Positions 61,714 to 64,000 of a DNA stretch of 64,000 nt are shown here, piece after piece. The notes below the pieces were generated by a model. The model had not been told where the DNA came from, did not search any database, and saw only the letters and a list, made by a program, of their open reading frames with translations. A program made the position numbers and the translations under genes. Source of the stretch: the human T2T-CHM13v2.0 reference genome, Homo sapiens; assembly GCF_009914755.1 (NCBI RefSeq), contig NC_060945.1. One strand, given 5' to 3'. Numbering within the stretch: the first letter of the stretch is position 1; each line of letters begins with the position of its first letter.

Positions 61714-61890
61714 CTATGAAACAGACACAGAGTTTAAGTTTAGCGTCTTTTATGGTCAGAAATATTTAGCGTTACTTCCAGAGCGGCAGCCGTGGAACAA
61801 TGTGGGAAAGAAGTGCTTCAGTTCACTTCTTGGGAAGTACTGACCCTGGGTCAATTTAATTTTTTCCGTAAGATTTCCCCTTCTTACTTT

Positions 61891-61980
61891 TCTCCTTCCA
61901 CTGCTATATGTAACAGTATCTCCCCTTCCACTGCTATATGTAACAGTATCTCCCCTTCCACTGCTATATGCACCAGTATG
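61891..61980. repeat. 30-bp minisatellite, 3 copies
   Basis: tc(t/c)ccttccactgctatatgtaacagtatc x2 plus a third copy ending caccagtatg. Confidence 0.95.
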
Positions 61981-62089
61981 CTAGTATACAACATTATAGA
62001 TTAATAATATGCTATATTGTTTAAAAATATTAATGTTATATAATTAACATGGTGTGCATATTATTATATTGACAATACGTAATGTGATG

Positions 62090-62270
62090 TGATAATAAGT
62101 CTCACTGAGTGCCAGGCACCGCTTTGAATGCTCTAAACTCATTAGCTAATTTATTCCTCGTGATTCTATGGGGTAGATGCACTATTTCATTCCCATTTTA
62201 CAGCTGAGGAAACTGAGGCAGCTAGTAACAGGTGGAGCCAAGCTTCACACTGAGATCATCTGGCCCCAGC
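62090..62270 (-). mobile_element. MIR (MIRb-like)
   Basis: gtgccaggcacc...tcccattttacagctgaggaaactgaggca. Confidence 0.85.
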
Positions 62271-63319
62271 ACACTCATAAAAATGAGCAAAAGTATAAAA
62301 GCCAAAGGGAAAAGGAAGCCAAGGGGTGAAAATCCTAATTACAAACAAATCCTGGGTAAGCTGGGTTTTTAGTCCTTCCCCACATGTGAACAGCAACTAG
62401 AAACCTGAACAGTGACTTTGTTTCCCCTGTCATCCATTGTTGGTGCCTGATCCTCACACAAAATCTTACGGAGCAGTATCTAGTGATTAGCTTAGCTGAA
62501 TTGAGCCTGGACACCCTTCATGAGCTGGAGGACAGAGGACGTGTCGATGGAGGGTCCAACTTCAGGCATCTGTACTCGCCTGCTACAGGTGAGTGGACCT
62601 ATGAACCCCCAGCCTCATCAAGCACCCGAGGGTCACCTGCCTGCTTCACCTGGAAGAGACAGCAAGGTGTGATCCCAGGAAGATCCTCTGCCAGGAGGCT
62701 TACAGGCAGAAGCAGCGGCTGCTGAACATAGATGCTGTCGGCAGGACACAGGGGTGATAGGGGGTGAGCCAGTGGAGCAGGTGAAGGTGCAGACTACAGG
62801 CAGCCCCCCTGAGATCCTGCCCAGACCCCAGCAGCAGCTCCCCTGTCCCTCTCTAGCAGCTTCGCTGTGCCCGAAGTGTTTGAGAACAGGTGACCCATGC
62901 CCTGAGTGGCAGATGCTGTGTCTTTTTGATCCCTTCTCTCCCTCCCCCCCCACCCCCAGTGGGGTACATGGAAGGTTTGCTAAATGTTTGTTGAATGAAT
63001 AAACGAGCCCAAGTCAGAAGCAGTCTCCAAATCATTCCTCATCGCAAAAGGGTGCGGTGGAAAAACTCACAAAGCCAAGGCAGGAGGACACACTCAACTT
63101 GGAAACGGCCCGTGCCCAGCTTTGGAACAGGCACAGCCTGAGCTTCAAGGAAGTCACTTGACCAGCAGTAGCTCCCACCTTTCCTTGCAGCTAGAACAGC
63201 ATCAGACCAAGTGATCTCTAATGTGATGATTTGCTAAAGTACAATGAGTTTTACAACTAGAAAGTACCTTCCTCTCAAGACTGACTTCACTATGAGCCAC
63301 CTAATTTTTCCTCTCTCTT

Positions 63320-64000
63320 CTTTTGGTATTTTTGTTGCAAATAGTACACACAAAACAGGATATATAATCTATTTGTGCAATTTAAAGAATAAGAAGCAAA
63401 CACCTTTGCATGTACTCCCTAGTCCACAACAGTCAGCCCCAGGACCTCAGAAGCCCCTTATGCCTTTCCCCTAAAACTCTCCCCTCCCTGACAAGGTAAT
63501 TCCAATGCTGAGTTATGTGGTTTTTTTTCCTTATTTTTCTTTTCAACACATATTACGTTTCTCTGAATAATATGCTTTTTAATGTTGCCTCTTTTTAATC
63601 TTTATTTGTGGAATCATATTGTATGTAATCTGTGACTTTTTTCTACTCACATATGAGAACCATCCACACTGATACATGGCTACAGATAGACACTTGGAGT
63701 TTATTTTTCACTGCTGTATAGTACTCCATTGGTGGAGTACAATAGGTTTATGTATCCACTTTTCTGTAGATGGACACTTGGGTTGTTCTGTTTTTGCTCA
63801 TACATACCTCCTGGTGCTCAGGTACAAGGGAATACAGACCCAGGGTGAGACTGCTGGATCACAGGCTAGGCACATCTTCAGCTTTACTAGGTAACACCAA
63901 GCCAATACAAAAGTGCTTGTACAAACTCATGCTCCTGCCAGCATGGAGGACCCACTGTGCCACATAAAAACATCACTGTTATTAACTTGTTTTATTTGCA
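63320..64000 (-). mobile_element. Old L1ME 3' region
   Basis: tggaatcatattgtatgta...ctgctgtatagtactccattg...gatggacacttgggttgtt...ctgctggatcacagg. Confidence 0.75.

Noticed and set aside
61891-61980. 30-bp repeats as a CRISPR-like array
   Set aside because: Head-to-tail copies with no unique spacers, in human DNA

Overview
Human (primate) nuclear DNA with no supportable protein-coding region: none of the ORF-track entries survives inspection (they are Alu, decayed L1/LTR, simple-repeat or random frames). Much of the window is interspersed repeat: about 11 full-length Alus plus two Alu fragments, several nested L1s (including a 5'-inverted L1PA), L2, MIR, MaLR/ERVL solo LTRs, hAT-Charlie MERs and microsatellites. 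L1s and LTRs lie mostly on the + strand, which suggests the window is inside a large intron of a gene or lncRNA transcribed on the - strand; I could not identify the host. Best observations: (1) a very young TSD-flanked Alu with an AluYb8-type left arm and an AluYa5-type right arm; (2) next to it, a 77-bp tail-less, TSD-less Alu fragment apparently copied from another Alu 1.5 kb away into an MLT1 LTR; (3) two frame-compatible minus-strand microexon candidates (21 and 9 nt); (4) two closely spaced inverted Alu pairs; (5) a twin-primed L1; (6) two CpG-retaining unique segments. I see no convincing evidence of a new multi-gene biological system. Repeat subfamily names come from recalled consensus sequences, and old-repeat boundaries are approximate.
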